From an uncultured Acetatifactor sp. (GTDB lineage: Bacteria; Bacillota; Clostridia; Lachnospirales; Lachnospiraceae), in the NCBI GenBank assembly GCA_964604835.1, contig CAZSAJ010000001.1, positions 42,888 through 106,887 of the forward strand: 64,000 bases of DNA. Direction: 5' to 3'. Made by a program: the position numbers and the translations under genes. How positions within the stretch are numbered: the first letter of the stretch is position 1; each line of letters opens with the position of its first letter. This document shows, piece by piece, positions 48,970 to 59,005 of the stretch. The notes beneath the pieces were generated by a model, which searched no databases, had not been told where the DNA came from, and saw only the letters and a list, made by a program, of their open reading frames with translations.

Positions 48970-50181
48970 ATGGTCAACGTAGCTGTGTTAGGGTATGGCA
49001 CCGTGGGAAGCGGTGTGGTGGAAGTGATCGAGAAGAATAAAGATATGGTGAACAAGAAGTCCGGACAGGAACTTCATGTGAAGTATATTCTGGATCTGCG
49101 GGATTTCCCGGGAGATCCCTATGCGGACAGAGTGGTGCATGATTTTGAGCAGATCGTGTCGGACGACGAGGTTTCCATTGTCTGTGAGACCATGGGCGGC
49201 GTGGGGGCCGCGTATCAGTTTACCAAGGCTGCCTTGGAGCGTGGGAAAAGCGTGTGTACCTCCAACAAGGAGCTGGTGGCAAAACATGGTCCGGAGCTTC
49301 TTCGGACAGCCCATGCGCACAACTGCAATTACCTCTTTGAGGCCAGTGTGGGCGGCGGTATCCCCATTATCCGTCCTCTGAACTATTCGCTGACCGCGGA
49401 GCGCATCGAGGGGATCACCGGTATCTTAAACGGCACCACCAACTATATCCTTACCAAGATGGAGCGGGAGGGCGCGGATTTTGCCGAGGTACTGAAAGAG
49501 GCGCAGGAGAAGGGCTATGCGGAGCGCAATCCCGAGGCGGACGTGGAGGGACATGACGCCTGCCGCAAGATCGCGATTCTGTCCTCTCTGATGATGGGCA
49601 TGAATGTGGACAGCGAGAAAATTCACACCGAGGGAATCACCAAGGTGAGCCCGGCCGATTTTGCCTATGCCAAGGCGGCGGGCAAGACGATCAAGCTTCT
49701 GGCCAAGAGCACGGCCTTGGGCGAGGATGAGGTGATGGCTATGGTGGCGCCCTTTATGCTGGATAGGGATCACCCCCTCGGCATGGTGAACGATGTGTTC
49801 AACGCGGTGTTCGTCACAGGCAATATGCTGGGAGATTCCATGTATTACGGACGCGGTGCGGGCAAACTGCCCACGGCCAGCGCGGTGGTATCCGATGTGG
49901 TGGACTGTGCGAGACATTTGGGCAAGATTATTATGTGTTTCTGGGAGGAAGAGGATGCGAAGATCGCGGACGTCTCCGGACTGGAGAACCGGTATTTTGT
50001 GCGGGTGAAAGCTTCCGCGCGTGCTGCGGCGGAGGCGGCTTTTGCGGGCGGCGAGGTACTCACCATACCCGGGCGGGAGGAAGATTTTGCGATTTTCACC
50101 CCTTCTATCAAAGAAAGAGATTTTGCGGCAAAATGTGAGTCGCTTGGCAGTGACATGGAAAGCGCTATTCGCCTATATTAA
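48970..50181 (+). CDS. hom: Homoserine dehydrogenase
   Basis: GYGTVGSG, FEASVGGGIP, GILNGTTNYIL, GAGKLPTASAV. Confidence 0.96.
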   Translation: MVNVAVLGYGTVGSGVVEVIEKNKDMVNKKSGQELHVKYILDLRDFPGDPYADRVVHDFEQIVSDDEVSIVCETMGGVGAAYQFTKAALERGKSVCTSNKELVAKHGPELLRTAHAHNCNYLFEASVGGGIPIIRPLNYSLTAERIEGITGILNGTTNYILTKMEREGADFAEVLKEAQEKGYAERNPEADVEGHDACRKIAILSSLMMGMNVDSEKIHTEGITKVSPADFAYAKAAGKTIKLLAKSTALGEDEVMAMVAPFMLDRDHPLGMVNDVFNAVFVTGNMLGDSMYYGRGAGKLPTASAVVSDVVDCARHLGKIIMCFWEEEDAKIADVSGLENRYFVRVKASARAAAEAAFAGGEVLTIPGREEDFAIFTPSIKERDFAAKCESLGSDMESAIRLY

Positions 50182-50304
50182 TAAAGAGGAAAATCTAGGT
50201 AATAATGTGTGGCTGCAAATGACGGATTTGTGTAAGGATATCCATAAAATGATTTCTATTAATAATTTCTATTAAAAAGAGAAAGGTTTCGAGGAGTAAA
50301 TATT

Positions 50305-51624
50305 ATGTCTAAAGTGGTAAAGTTTGGCGGGAGTTCTCTGGCCAGTGCAGAGCAGTTTAAGAAGGTGGGAGATATCATCCATGCGGACAAGGAGAGAAGA
50401 TATGTGGTCCCTTCCGCACCGGGAAAACGCTTTTCGGATGACACCAAGGTGACGGATATGCTGTATGAATGCTATGCTCTGGCAGAGGCGGGCAAGGAGT
50501 TTGGCAAGGAGTTAAAGGCGATCAAGGCGCGCTATGAGGAGATTATCAAAGGACTCAAGCTGGAGCTGAGTCTGGCGGAGGAATTCAAGACCATCGAGAA
50601 GAATTTTAAAGAGAAGGCCGGTTCCAATTACGCGGCCTCCAGAGGAGAGTATTTGAACGGTATCGTCATGGCCAATTATCTGGGCTATGAGTTTGTGGAC
50701 GCCGCAGAGGTCATCTTTTTTGACGAAAAGGGCGATTTTGACGCGGATAAGACCAATCAGGTGCTATCCGCCAGATTGGATCAATGCAGTCAGGCGGTGG
50801 TTCCCGGTTTCTATGGGGCAATGCCCGACGGCAGGGTGAAGACTTTCTCCAGAGGCGGCTCCGACGTCACCGGTTCCATCGTGGCCAAGGCGGTCAAGGC
50901 GGACGTGTACGAGAACTGGACCGATGTGTCGGGCTTTCTGACGGCGGATCCCAGAATCATCGACAATCCCGAGCGGATCGACGTCATCACCTACAAGGAG
51001 CTGCGGGAGCTCTCCTACATGGGAGCCAGCGTGCTGCATGAGGACGCTATCTTTCCCGTGCGTCAGCAGGGAATTCCCATCAACATCCGCAATACCAACG
51101 CCCCCGAAGACAAGGGCACATGGATCGTGGGAAGCACCTGCCAGAAGTCCAAGTATGTCATCACCGGCATCGCCGGCAAGAAAGGCTTCTGTTCCATCAA
51201 TATCGAGAAGGACATGATGAACGCGGAGATCGGCTTTGGCAGAAAAGTGCTGCAGGCTTTTGAGGAGAACGGTATTTCCTTCGAGCATGTTCCCTCCGGC
51301 ATCGATACCATGACCGTGTTCGTCCATCAGGACGAGTTCATGCATAAAGAACAGCAGGTAGTGGCAGGAATCCACAGGCTGACCAATCCGGACGCCATTG
51401 AGATCGAGTCCGACATCGCGCTGATTGCCGTGGTGGGGCGCGGCATGAAGTCCATGCGCGGTACGGCAGGCAGAATTTTCGCGGCGCTGGCACACAATCA
51501 TATCAATGTGAAGATGATCGATCAGGGATCTTCCGAACAGAATATCATCATCGGTGTGTCCGACGAGGACTTTGAGACCGCCATCAAGGCGATCTACGAT
51601 ATCTTTGTGGTGACGAGGATTTAG
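50305..51624 (+). CDS. lysC: Aspartate kinase
   Basis: KFGGSSLA, SAPGKR, TFSRGGSD, ENWTDV, C-terminal ACT domains. Confidence 0.93.
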   Translation: MSKVVKFGGSSLASAEQFKKVGDIIHADKERRYVVPSAPGKRFSDDTKVTDMLYECYALAEAGKEFGKELKAIKARYEEIIKGLKLELSLAEEFKTIEKNFKEKAGSNYAASRGEYLNGIVMANYLGYEFVDAAEVIFFDEKGDFDADKTNQVLSARLDQCSQAVVPGFYGAMPDGRVKTFSRGGSDVTGSIVAKAVKADVYENWTDVSGFLTADPRIIDNPERIDVITYKELRELSYMGASVLHEDAIFPVRQQGIPINIRNTNAPEDKGTWIVGSTCQKSKYVITGIAGKKGFCSINIEKDMMNAEIGFGRKVLQAFEENGISFEHVPSGIDTMTVFVHQDEFMHKEQQVVAGIHRLTNPDAIEIESDIALIAVVGRGMKSMRGTAGRIFAALAHNHINVKMIDQGSSEQNIIIGVSDEDFETAIKAIYDIFVVTRI

Positions 51625-51626
51625 AG

Positions 51627-52064
51627 ATGGAGTATTGTTTTTACGGATGGGAACAGGCGCTTGTTCCGTCGATCACGCAGGAATACGAAGGGATACGCAC
51701 GCCGAGAGATCTGTACGACGCGCTCTCCGAGATCTGGTGCGAAGATACCTGCGCGCCGAGGATGCGAGAGGACTGGAGCAGAGAAAACCGAACGCTGGGG
51801 CAGTGTTCCATCACGGCGTTTCTGGCGCAGGATATTTTCGGAGGGAAGGTTTACGGAATCCTGAGACCGGGTGGTAACTACCATTGCTATAATGTGGTGG
51901 GAGACTGCGTGTTTGACCTGACCAGCGAGCAGTTTGGCGAGGAAGTGTTAAGCTACGAAGAGAATCCGGAGCAGTTTCGGGAGATTCATTTCGCCAAAGA
52001 GGAGAAGCGAAAACGGTACGAGTATCTTCGCGGCGAACTGAAGAAATTATGTGACGGGAGATAA
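51627..52064 (+). CDS. YunG-like hypothetical protein
   Basis: W..EN.TLGQCSITA..QDIFGG, HCYN, DLTSEQF. Confidence 0.7.
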   Translation: MEYCFYGWEQALVPSITQEYEGIRTPRDLYDALSEIWCEDTCAPRMREDWSRENRTLGQCSITAFLAQDIFGGKVYGILRPGGNYHCYNVVGDCVFDLTSEQFGEEVLSYEENPEQFREIHFAKEEKRKRYEYLRGELKKLCDGR

Positions 52065-52189
52065 TCCTTCGACGAAGCAAAACCCCGAATATCTTCGGAG
52101 AATGCCCCAATAAGGAAGGCAAAAGAGGACCGGAGGACGGTCAAAACACGGATGATGTATGTCGGATATGTAAAAGAGGAAACGGTATC

Positions 52190-53080
52190 ATGGGATGTGA
52201 CAATTCGGAAGTTGAATCGGAATATCAAAGACAGCGCCGGATGACGAAGAGAGCGGCGGTTATGGCAGGGGTGGCAATCCTTTCGGAGATTGCCGCTTTT
52301 GCTGTTTTGTTCTGGGCGGCGGACATGCAGGAGCGCGGCGTCTCCGGGAGAATCCATGTACCGGTGGCGCTGATCGGTTTCTTCGGGTTTTCTATTCTGG
52401 CTATCGTTCTGTTGATGATCTCGGCGCCTCAGCTCATAATAGCGGAGCATCTGAAAGCGGATCGAAGTTATAATCGGGACGGCCTGACGACGCTGCGGAA
52501 CATGAGCCGCGGGCGTGTGGAAGAGCGGCTGCTGGCACGGAAGTTTCAACGCAGCGGGGATGGATATTACCATAAGAAAGAATATTCGTTCTTGATCGAT
52601 TTTGTCAGTTATGATGTGCGGCTGATCGATGATACAGCGGAAAATAGCATAACGGAATCCCGTGAAACAAAAACGGTTGAGGCGGTAATCGGAGGGATAC
52701 AAACCGACGACGTGGAAAACGCAAATGACATGGAGAGTGTGATTCTCCGGGAGATGCGGCGTTTTGACCAAAGCAGGAATCAAGGCGTATACCACAATGA
52801 TAAAAAGAAGAGCTGCCTGCTTCTGCTCATCTATGACGAGGTGGGCGAATATGAGAAAGAGATTGTCAAATCTTTTGGTAAAAACAGGATTCTCGCGGAG
52901 ACGGTTGACAGAAGCTGGGTGGCGGAAGACTCATCTGGCAATCCGCAGGAGACGTTGTCCGTCGTCGTTCTCGCAATAGACCGGAACAGCGGCGAGGGGT
53001 ATTTTGCGGATATCAAAGGGAGCCCGTTGACAGTATATGCCCACGGCTGCAAGATGTTGAAGCGGCTCTCCCAGTCGTGA
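52190..53080 (+). CDS. Hypothetical membrane protein
   Basis: 296-aa ORF with two N-terminal hydrophobic helices; SD GAGG. Confidence 0.65.
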   Translation: MGCDNSEVESEYQRQRRMTKRAAVMAGVAILSEIAAFAVLFWAADMQERGVSGRIHVPVALIGFFGFSILAIVLLMISAPQLIIAEHLKADRSYNRDGLTTLRNMSRGRVEERLLARKFQRSGDGYYHKKEYSFLIDFVSYDVRLIDDTAENSITESRETKTVEAVIGGIQTDDVENANDMESVILREMRRFDQSRNQGVYHNDKKKSCLLLLIYDEVGEYEKEIVKSFGKNRILAETVDRSWVAEDSSGNPQETLSVVVLAIDRNSGEGYFADIKGSPLTVYAHGCKMLKRLSQS

Positions 53081-53206
53081 AGTGATCTTGGCGTGTCAGG
53101 CTGCCGATACAGATCGGACGATTTGCTTAAAATGGTAAAATTTACTGATAATTTGCGGATAGCAAAAGAAAAAAGAAAAAAATAAAATTTTTTTTGTAAA
53201 AATGTG

Positions 53207-53235
53207 TTGACAAATGTCAAAACAACTGTTATAGT
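53207..53235 (+). promoter_or_regulatory. Sigma-A promoter with palindromic operator over -35
   Basis: TTGACA-17bp-TATAGT; TTGACA-aa-TGTCAA inverted repeat; AT-rich UP-like tract upstream. Confidence 0.65.
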
Positions 53236-53650
53236 TAATTTAACAACAGAGAAGAGAAAACATAAGAGAGAAAAACAAAGGAGAAGACACAAAGAGAACA
53301 AAAGAAAGGAGGTACGGTCCACCTAACCAGATAATTTAAAAACAGAACATCTTCCATTGAAGTACCAACGAATTGAGTTACAAGGTCATTTCACCTTAGA
53401 GAAAGATTCATATAGATCAATCGAGTACACAGAAGAAAAAGTAGCGAATCACCAAAGAGATTATAAAATACATTGGGACGTTACAGTATCCGATACAAAA
53501 GAGAAGTGGAAAGAGTACAAAGGAGAAAATGGAAGATAAAGAAAAGTGAATAAGGTTTAACGGCTGGGTCATAGAGTTATGACATAAGAAAATAGCCGAA
53601 ATGACAAAACTTGAAAGTGAGGTATTGGTCCATTGGATAGCATAGTCTAA

Positions 53651-53686
53651 GAGAGCGTATTGATTAGGAATAGTCGATACGCTCTC
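53651..53686. terminator. Long hairpin downstream of the cob operon
   Basis: GAGAGCGTATTGATTA-ggaa-TAGTCGATACGCTCTC. Confidence 0.6.
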
Positions 53687-53751
53687 GTTCGTATGCGGCC
53701 AAGGATTGATTTTATGATATGTAAAAGCGAAAAAAGCACAACGACGCCTGC

Positions 53752-55239
53752 TCAAATTTGTTCTTCTAAAATTCCGGCAATCACATCCATATTAAGGTTC
53801 TTTCTGAGCTCTATCGCAAGAAGGTCATATTGACTTTGTAAAAACACCGCGGCATCCATTGCCTGCGGCAGCTCTTCAGAAGAAATCCCTTTTCGCTCCA
53901 GCAGGAGTTTTTCGAGAACTGCGGCGGCTTCGCGGTCAAACAGACCGTGGATATAGGTGCCGGCGACATTCTGGAAAACCGCGCCGTCCTCACTGCCGTC
54001 GGACAGGGTGCAAAAGGCCCTCGTACCCGGTTTTCTCTCCGAAGCGCCCATGTGAATTTGATACCCTGTGAAATGTGTACCCGAAAGTGCGCAAAAAACA
54101 TCGTTTATGGAATTGATAACACCCTCCGACTGAAGCCGTGTCTTTGCGGTCTCAAACACTGTGGTTACCGGTAAAAGGTTCATTCCTGCCATTTGCCCGC
54201 CTCGTTCAACTTTATCCGGGTCGGAAATCACATTGCCCAGCATTTGATAACCGCCACATATCCCAAGAATCGGTGTTCCTGTCGATGCGGCTTTTTTTAT
54301 AAGAGCCTCCAGACCATTTTGCCGCATCCATTCTAAATCGGCCATAGTACTTTTGGTTCCGGGCAGAATCACCATATCCGGATTGCCAAACTCGGATGTT
54401 CGGCGGACATAATTCACATGTACCGCTTGGAGCCGTGCCAGCGGATTGAAATCTGTTGCATTTGAGATGTGGGGAAATTGAATCACCGCGATCTCTATCG
54501 GCTTGCATACAGTGTTTTCTCTCTGAATGACACTGTCTTCATCGTCGATATCGAGATAGAGATAGGGAACAACACCCAGCACGGGAACACCGGTCAGATC
54601 CTCAATTATTTTCAGCCCGGGCTTCAGGATTTCGATATCGCCGCGGAATTTGTTGATGATTACGCCTCGAATACGCCGGCGCTGCTCTGGCGGAAGCAAC
54701 ATGATTGTTCCGTAAATCTGGGCAAATACGCCGCCGCGGTCGATATCGGCCACCAACAGCACCGGCGCGTCGAACATCTCCGCAATACCCATATTTACCA
54801 GATCGTCTTGGTTTAGGTTGATTTCCGCCGGACTGCCGGCACCCTCAATTACGATAAGGTCGTAGCGTTCACACAGCTTGTCGTAAGCCGACCGGACGGC
54901 ACTGCGCAGCCGAGGGCGAAAAGTGTAGTATTCTGCGGCGTGCATGGTGCCGACCACCTCTCCGTGGACGATTACCTGACTACCCATATCAGAGCACGGC
55001 TTCAAAAGAATCGGATTCATCATCACGGACGGCTCCGTGCAGGCGGCCTGAGCCTGCACCACCTGTGCCCGCCCCATTTCAAGCCCCTCGCTTGTGATAT
55101 AGCTGTTCAGTGCCATGTTTTGGCTTTTGAAGGGGGCGACACGGATGCCGTCCTGATAGAAAATGCGGCAAAGTCCCGCCGTTATCAGGCTTTTTCCGGC
55201 GCTGGACATGGTTCCTTGTACCATAATACGTTTTGTCAT
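53752..55239 (-). CDS. cobQ: Cobyric acid synthase
   Basis: MVQGTMSSAGKS, PFKSQNMALNS, EGAGSPAEINL, GICGGYQMLG, GTYIHGLFD. Confidence 0.96.
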   Translation of the reverse strand: MTKRIMVQGTMSSAGKSLITAGLCRIFYQDGIRVAPFKSQNMALNSYITSEGLEMGRAQVVQAQAACTEPSVMMNPILLKPCSDMGSQVIVHGEVVGTMHAAEYYTFRPRLRSAVRSAYDKLCERYDLIVIEGAGSPAEINLNQDDLVNMGIAEMFDAPVLLVADIDRGGVFAQIYGTIMLLPPEQRRRIRGVIINKFRGDIEILKPGLKIIEDLTGVPVLGVVPYLYLDIDDEDSVIQRENTVCKPIEIAVIQFPHISNATDFNPLARLQAVHVNYVRRTSEFGNPDMVILPGTKSTMADLEWMRQNGLEALIKKAASTGTPILGICGGYQMLGNVISDPDKVERGGQMAGMNLLPVTTVFETAKTRLQSEGVINSINDVFCALSGTHFTGYQIHMGASERKPGTRAFCTLSDGSEDGAVFQNVAGTYIHGLFDREAAAVLEKLLLERKGISSEELPQAMDAAVFLQSQYDLLAIELRKNLNMDVIAGILEEQI

Positions 55240-55244
55240 ACTAT

Positions 55245-56300
55245 CTATTGTCCTTTCACTTCTTGGATTGCGGCGATCAGTCTGTCATTCTCGGCGGGCA
55301 TACGAATGGCAATCCGATAATATCCTTCGGAAAGCCCCTGATAGTTACTACAGTCCCGAATCAGCAGGCCCTTTTTCGCAAGCAGTTCTCCGAATGCAGG
55401 TATGTCTGTGCGGAAAAACAGATAATTTGCTTCTCCGCCGATTACTTCAAAGGAAAATGTCTCAAGCATTTCCTTTATCCGCAGCCTTTCTATCCGGAGC
55501 AGCGAAAGAGAATGCTCCAGATACGTCTCATCTCTCAAAGCCGCAATACCGGCCTCTTCCGCAATTACGGAGACCGGCCAGCTCTGGCAGGATGCCCAAA
55601 GCCGTTCCCGAAGTTCCCGATTGGCACAGAGTGCAAAACCCAACCGGAGTCCCGCCATAGCATAGAGCTTGGTCAGCGCGCCAATGATGACGAGGTTGTC
55701 ATTCTGATTCAGCTGATTCCGGAGAGAATGATGTCCGGAATTGTCCAAAAAGCCATTGAAGCACTCATCCGCACATAGCAGAACGCCGCATTCCCTGCAG
55801 CGTTCCGAAATTTTCAACAAAAGCTCCCGATTCACGGTTTTACCTGTGGGATTATTGGGATTACAGAGAAAGAAAACATCCAAATCAGGCGTGATATTCG
55901 GGAGAATATCCTCGGTCAGCGCAAAACCATTCTCATGGAGGAGGACATGGCGGCGTATTTTCCATCCAAAAGCGGACAGTGCGCTCTCATATTCCGAAAA
56001 AGTAGGTGCGGTAAGCAGTGCCCGCCCTCCGCTTTTCATGGCGGCGATTCTCCAGATCAGATCGGCGGCTCCGTTTCCGGGTATTACAAATTCAGGCGGA
56101 ACACTGTAATGTCCGCTTATCGCCTTACATAGTCGTCTGTAACGCGCGTCAGGGTATTCCGCTCCCCGCGCTAACGCTTGTGCGGCGGCTTCTTTTGCTT
56201 TTGGGCACATCCCCAGCGGATTCACGTTGACAGAGAAATCAAGGGGTTCCCGTCCGTATTTTTCTACAAACCCCACACGGTCTCCTCCGTGTTTCAGCAT
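55245..56300 (-). CDS. cobD: Threonine-phosphate decarboxylase
   Basis: HGG, DFSVNVNPLG, GNGA, CNPNNPTG, TKLYAMAGLRLG; cob context. Confidence 0.88.
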   Translation of the reverse strand: MLKHGGDRVGFVEKYGREPLDFSVNVNPLGMCPKAKEAAAQALARGAEYPDARYRRLCKAISGHYSVPPEFVIPGNGAADLIWRIAAMKSGGRALLTAPTFSEYESALSAFGWKIRRHVLLHENGFALTEDILPNITPDLDVFFLCNPNNPTGKTVNRELLLKISERCRECGVLLCADECFNGFLDNSGHHSLRNQLNQNDNLVIIGALTKLYAMAGLRLGFALCANRELRERLWASCQSWPVSVIAEEAGIAALRDETYLEHSLSLLRIERLRIKEMLETFSFEVIGGEANYLFFRTDIPAFGELLAKKGLLIRDCSNYQGLSEGYYRIAIRMPAENDRLIAAIQEVKGQ

Positions 56301-57286
56301 ACCAGTATCACAGCTCCTTTCACAAGCACGCAGAGGACAAAGCACAGCGTGCCGGCCGTATAAAGTAATCTATTCGCCCGACGGATGTCCTCCGCCTCCG
56401 CCGGACGGTCGTCATTTCCGATAGAAGGTTTTTCCACCGGCTTTCCGAAATAGTTGGACGTTCCCCCCAGCCGAATGTGCAGCGCACCGGCCCACACTGC
56501 TTCCGTTTGCGCGGAATTCGGGCTGGAATGATTGAGACGGTCTCTTCGGAAAATATGGAATGCGTTCCGACCGTCCAACCCTGCAAAGTCAGCCGAAACG
56601 GCCGCCAAAATCGCGGCGATTCTCGATGGAATCAAATTGGCCGCGTCGTCAAGCTTGGCTGCGGCTCGGCCAAAATAGAGATACCGTTCGTTTTTATAGC
56701 CCAACATACTGTCCATGGTGTTAATTGCCTTGTACAGCACTCCCAGCGGAGCGGCGCCCAGTGCCAAATACAGCATGGGCGCAATCACCCCGTCGGAGCT
56801 GTTTTCGGCCACAGTCTCCACACAGGCGCGGAAAACGCCGGGGAAGTCCAATGCATCGGTGTCGCGGCCCACGATCCGCCCGACGGCAATTCTGGCTTTG
56901 GCGAGGTTGTCCCTGCTTTCATAGACTCTCATGCTCTCGGTTTTAAGACTGTGCATGGCAAGGCACTGCCAGGTCAGGAAGCTTTCTGCCGCCAGTCCTA
57001 GGGCAGTATGAACACGATATAACAGACCCAGTGCCGCTCCGGTCAACAGATAAGAAGATATGCAGATCAAAGCCACAAGAACGATGCCGCCCCAAAACTC
57101 ACCCCGTCTAGTTTTGGGGAAGACTCGCCGGAGCGCCTTTTCCAGCAGAGAAATCTCTTTGCCAATCCATACAACAAAGTGGAAATTTCCCAGCGGATCG
57201 CCAAACAGCAGGTCTACAAAGAATCCAATGCAAAATGCAATCAAATGAAGCATCATAGCGTTATTCATCATAGCGTTATTCATCAT
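56294..57286 (-). CDS. cbiB: Adenosylcobinamide-phosphate synthase
   Basis: GDP, IVGRDT, ETVAENSSDGVIAP, YKAINTMDSMLGYK, SPNS. Confidence 0.95.
   Translation of the reverse strand: MMNNAMMNNAMMLHLIAFCIGFFVDLLFGDPLGNFHFVVWIGKEISLLEKALRRVFPKTRRGEFWGGIVLVALICISSYLLTGAALGLLYRVHTALGLAAESFLTWQCLAMHSLKTESMRVYESRDNLAKARIAVGRIVGRDTDALDFPGVFRACVETVAENSSDGVIAPMLYLALGAAPLGVLYKAINTMDSMLGYKNERYLYFGRAAAKLDDAANLIPSRIAAILAAVSADFAGLDGRNAFHIFRRDRLNHSSPNSAQTEAVWAGALHIRLGGTSNYFGKPVEKPSIGNDDRPAEAEDIRRANRLLYTAGTLCFVLCVLVKGAVILVC
57251..57286. repeat. 15-bp tandem duplication at cbiB start
   Basis: CATCATAGCGTTATT x2 plus CATCAT, encoding MMNNAMMNNAMM. Confidence 0.85.
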
Positions 57287-57885
57287 AATGTTACCATGTC
57301 CGTTCTCGTCACATCAGTCAACACGAAAGAAAGCGTGTTGTCCTCTGTGGGGGACACGGTGCAGAGAAAACCGCCGCAGTTTTTCACATAACCGTCATAG
57401 AAGCTCATGGCAGGGCGGGCATATTTTTCCAGCACCGCCATGATCGTACCGCCGTGGACAACAAAGGCGGCGGTTTCAGCCGACGGCGAATGATTGGACA
57501 TCGTTTTTTCAAAAGCTGTCAGCACCCGGCGCTTGAACGCCTCTGTAGATTCTCCGTTCGGGCACTGCCCCAGACAGTATCCGTCCACCCATTCCCGGTA
57601 GGCCTGATCGTTGTCCATTTCGTCAGCGCTCAGACCCTCAAAATCGCCGAAATCCATTTCTCTCAAATCATCCACAATGATTTGCTTTGCATTGGGAAAA
57701 AGGATTGCGGCAGTTTGCCGGGTGCGCAGCAGGGGTGTCACATAAACGAAATCTACGGCGGTATTGCCGCAGATAGCCTGTGCCGCTTCAAACCCCTGTG
57801 GGCTCAAGGGTTCATCAGTCCTTCCGATATATCGGCGGAGCGCGTTGCCGGCCGTCATCCCGTGGCGGATCAATAACACTTTCAT
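57283..57885 (-). CDS. cobC: Histidine phosphatase (CobC-like alpha-ribazole phosphatase)
   Basis: LIRHG, REMDFGDFEG, PNGES, VHGGTI; cob context. Confidence 0.8.
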   Translation of the reverse strand: MKVLLIRHGMTAGNALRRYIGRTDEPLSPQGFEAAQAICGNTAVDFVYVTPLLRTRQTAAILFPNAKQIIVDDLREMDFGDFEGLSADEMDNDQAYREWVDGYCLGQCPNGESTEAFKRRVLTAFEKTMSNHSPSAETAAFVVHGGTIMAVLEKYARPAMSFYDGYVKNCGGFLCTVSPTEDNTLSFVLTDVTRTDMVTL

Positions 57886-58235
57886 GGGAGTTCACCCTTG
57901 ATGATAGTAGGAATCCCACACACCACACGCACCACCGCATCAGCCTTCCCCGCCAGCAGAGCGCACAGTCTGCCCGTGGCTTCCCTGCCCAGACGTTCGG
58001 TGCGGTTCATTGGGATCACGCCGCTGCCCACCTCGTTGCAAATAATGATCTCTTTTTTTAGAAGCTCTTCATACAGCTTGTCCATTCCTTCCATGTCGCC
58101 GAACACCAGCCTTTCCGTGTGAAAAACCACCGGGCGTTCATCGAGACAAGCGTCTGCCATGTCCGTTTCCCGATACCCGAGAGACTGCGCAAAAGTCCGC
58201 TTTCCGGCGCCCTCGCCGCCAACAACTAATATCAT
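57882..58235 (-). CDS. Short CobU-like protein
   Basis: GGEGAGK, ICNEVGSGVIP, RE.TGR, VVRVVCGIP; only 117 aa. Confidence 0.8.
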   Translation of the reverse strand: MILVVGGEGAGKRTFAQSLGYRETDMADACLDERPVVFHTERLVFGDMEGMDKLYEELLKKEIIICNEVGSGVIPMNRTERLGREATGRLCALLAGKADAVVRVVCGIPTIIKGELP

Positions 58236-59005
58236 AAAGCCACCGCCTTTTCCGTCATGATGTAGGACAGGAGCATCAAAAGCTCCGACAATGTAATTAT
58301 ATAGCCGGCAAGATCACCGGACATCCCGCCGAATTCCCTTTTCGACATCCTAAACAGATAAATGAGGCACAGGAGAAACACCGCAATGCACACAATCCCG
58401 CCGACAAGGGAAAAAATGCACAGTACCGCCGAACACAGCACTGCCCACAAGGCCAGAAACAGGGTAACCGTTCCGGACGCGGCCTCGCGGAAGGTATGCT
58501 GCAGGCCGTTTCCCGACGCGGATGGGAACGCTGCACTGCCAATCCCTCCCAACGTTCGTGCAAACACTTGGTGTACGGCCACGGTAAGCACGGCGATATG
58601 CGTGCGGGGAAGTTCCGCGCACAGAGCAAAAAACAGGATGAGATACGCCGATGCATAAATTACAGCGAAAGCCCCGGCGCCTGAGTCCTTCAAAATCTCA
58701 CGCTTGCGTTCCGGCTCCAAATGACTCGCCAGAGCATCCGCCGTATCGCAAAAGCCATCCATGTGGATGCCTCCGCTGATTAAGATCGGCAGAAGCGTCA
58801 GCCCCGCGGCAAAAAGCAGGTTCCCGAGGGAAAGTAGATTGCAGAGCAACAGCCAGAGCCATTGCAAAAGTCCGGCGGCCACACCTACAAGAGGAAGCCA
58901 CGCCAGCATATACCGCATATTCTTTTTTTCCCATTGGATCGGCGGCATCGGGACGATGGAAAACATCAAAAATGCCATCACCAGCGAACGAAAAATGTCT
59001 GTCAT
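58232..59005 (-). CDS. cobS: Adenosylcobinamide-GDP ribazoletransferase
   Basis: GGIHMDGFCDTAD, ILKDS..GAF, FGGMSGDLAG; ATGA overlap with cobU. Confidence 0.93.
   Translation of the reverse strand: MTDIFRSLVMAFLMFSIVPMPPIQWEKKNMRYMLAWLPLVGVAAGLLQWLWLLLCNLLSLGNLLFAAGLTLLPILISGGIHMDGFCDTADALASHLEPERKREILKDSGAGAFAVIYASAYLILFFALCAELPRTHIAVLTVAVHQVFARTLGGIGSAAFPSASGNGLQHTFREAASGTVTLFLALWAVLCSAVLCIFSLVGGIVCIAVFLLCLIYLFRMSKREFGGMSGDLAGYIITLSELLMLLSYIMTEKAVAL

Noticed and set aside
53357-53539. 60-aa AT-rich ORF
   Set aside because: TTG start without a properly spaced SD; probably a gene fragment, family unrecognisable.
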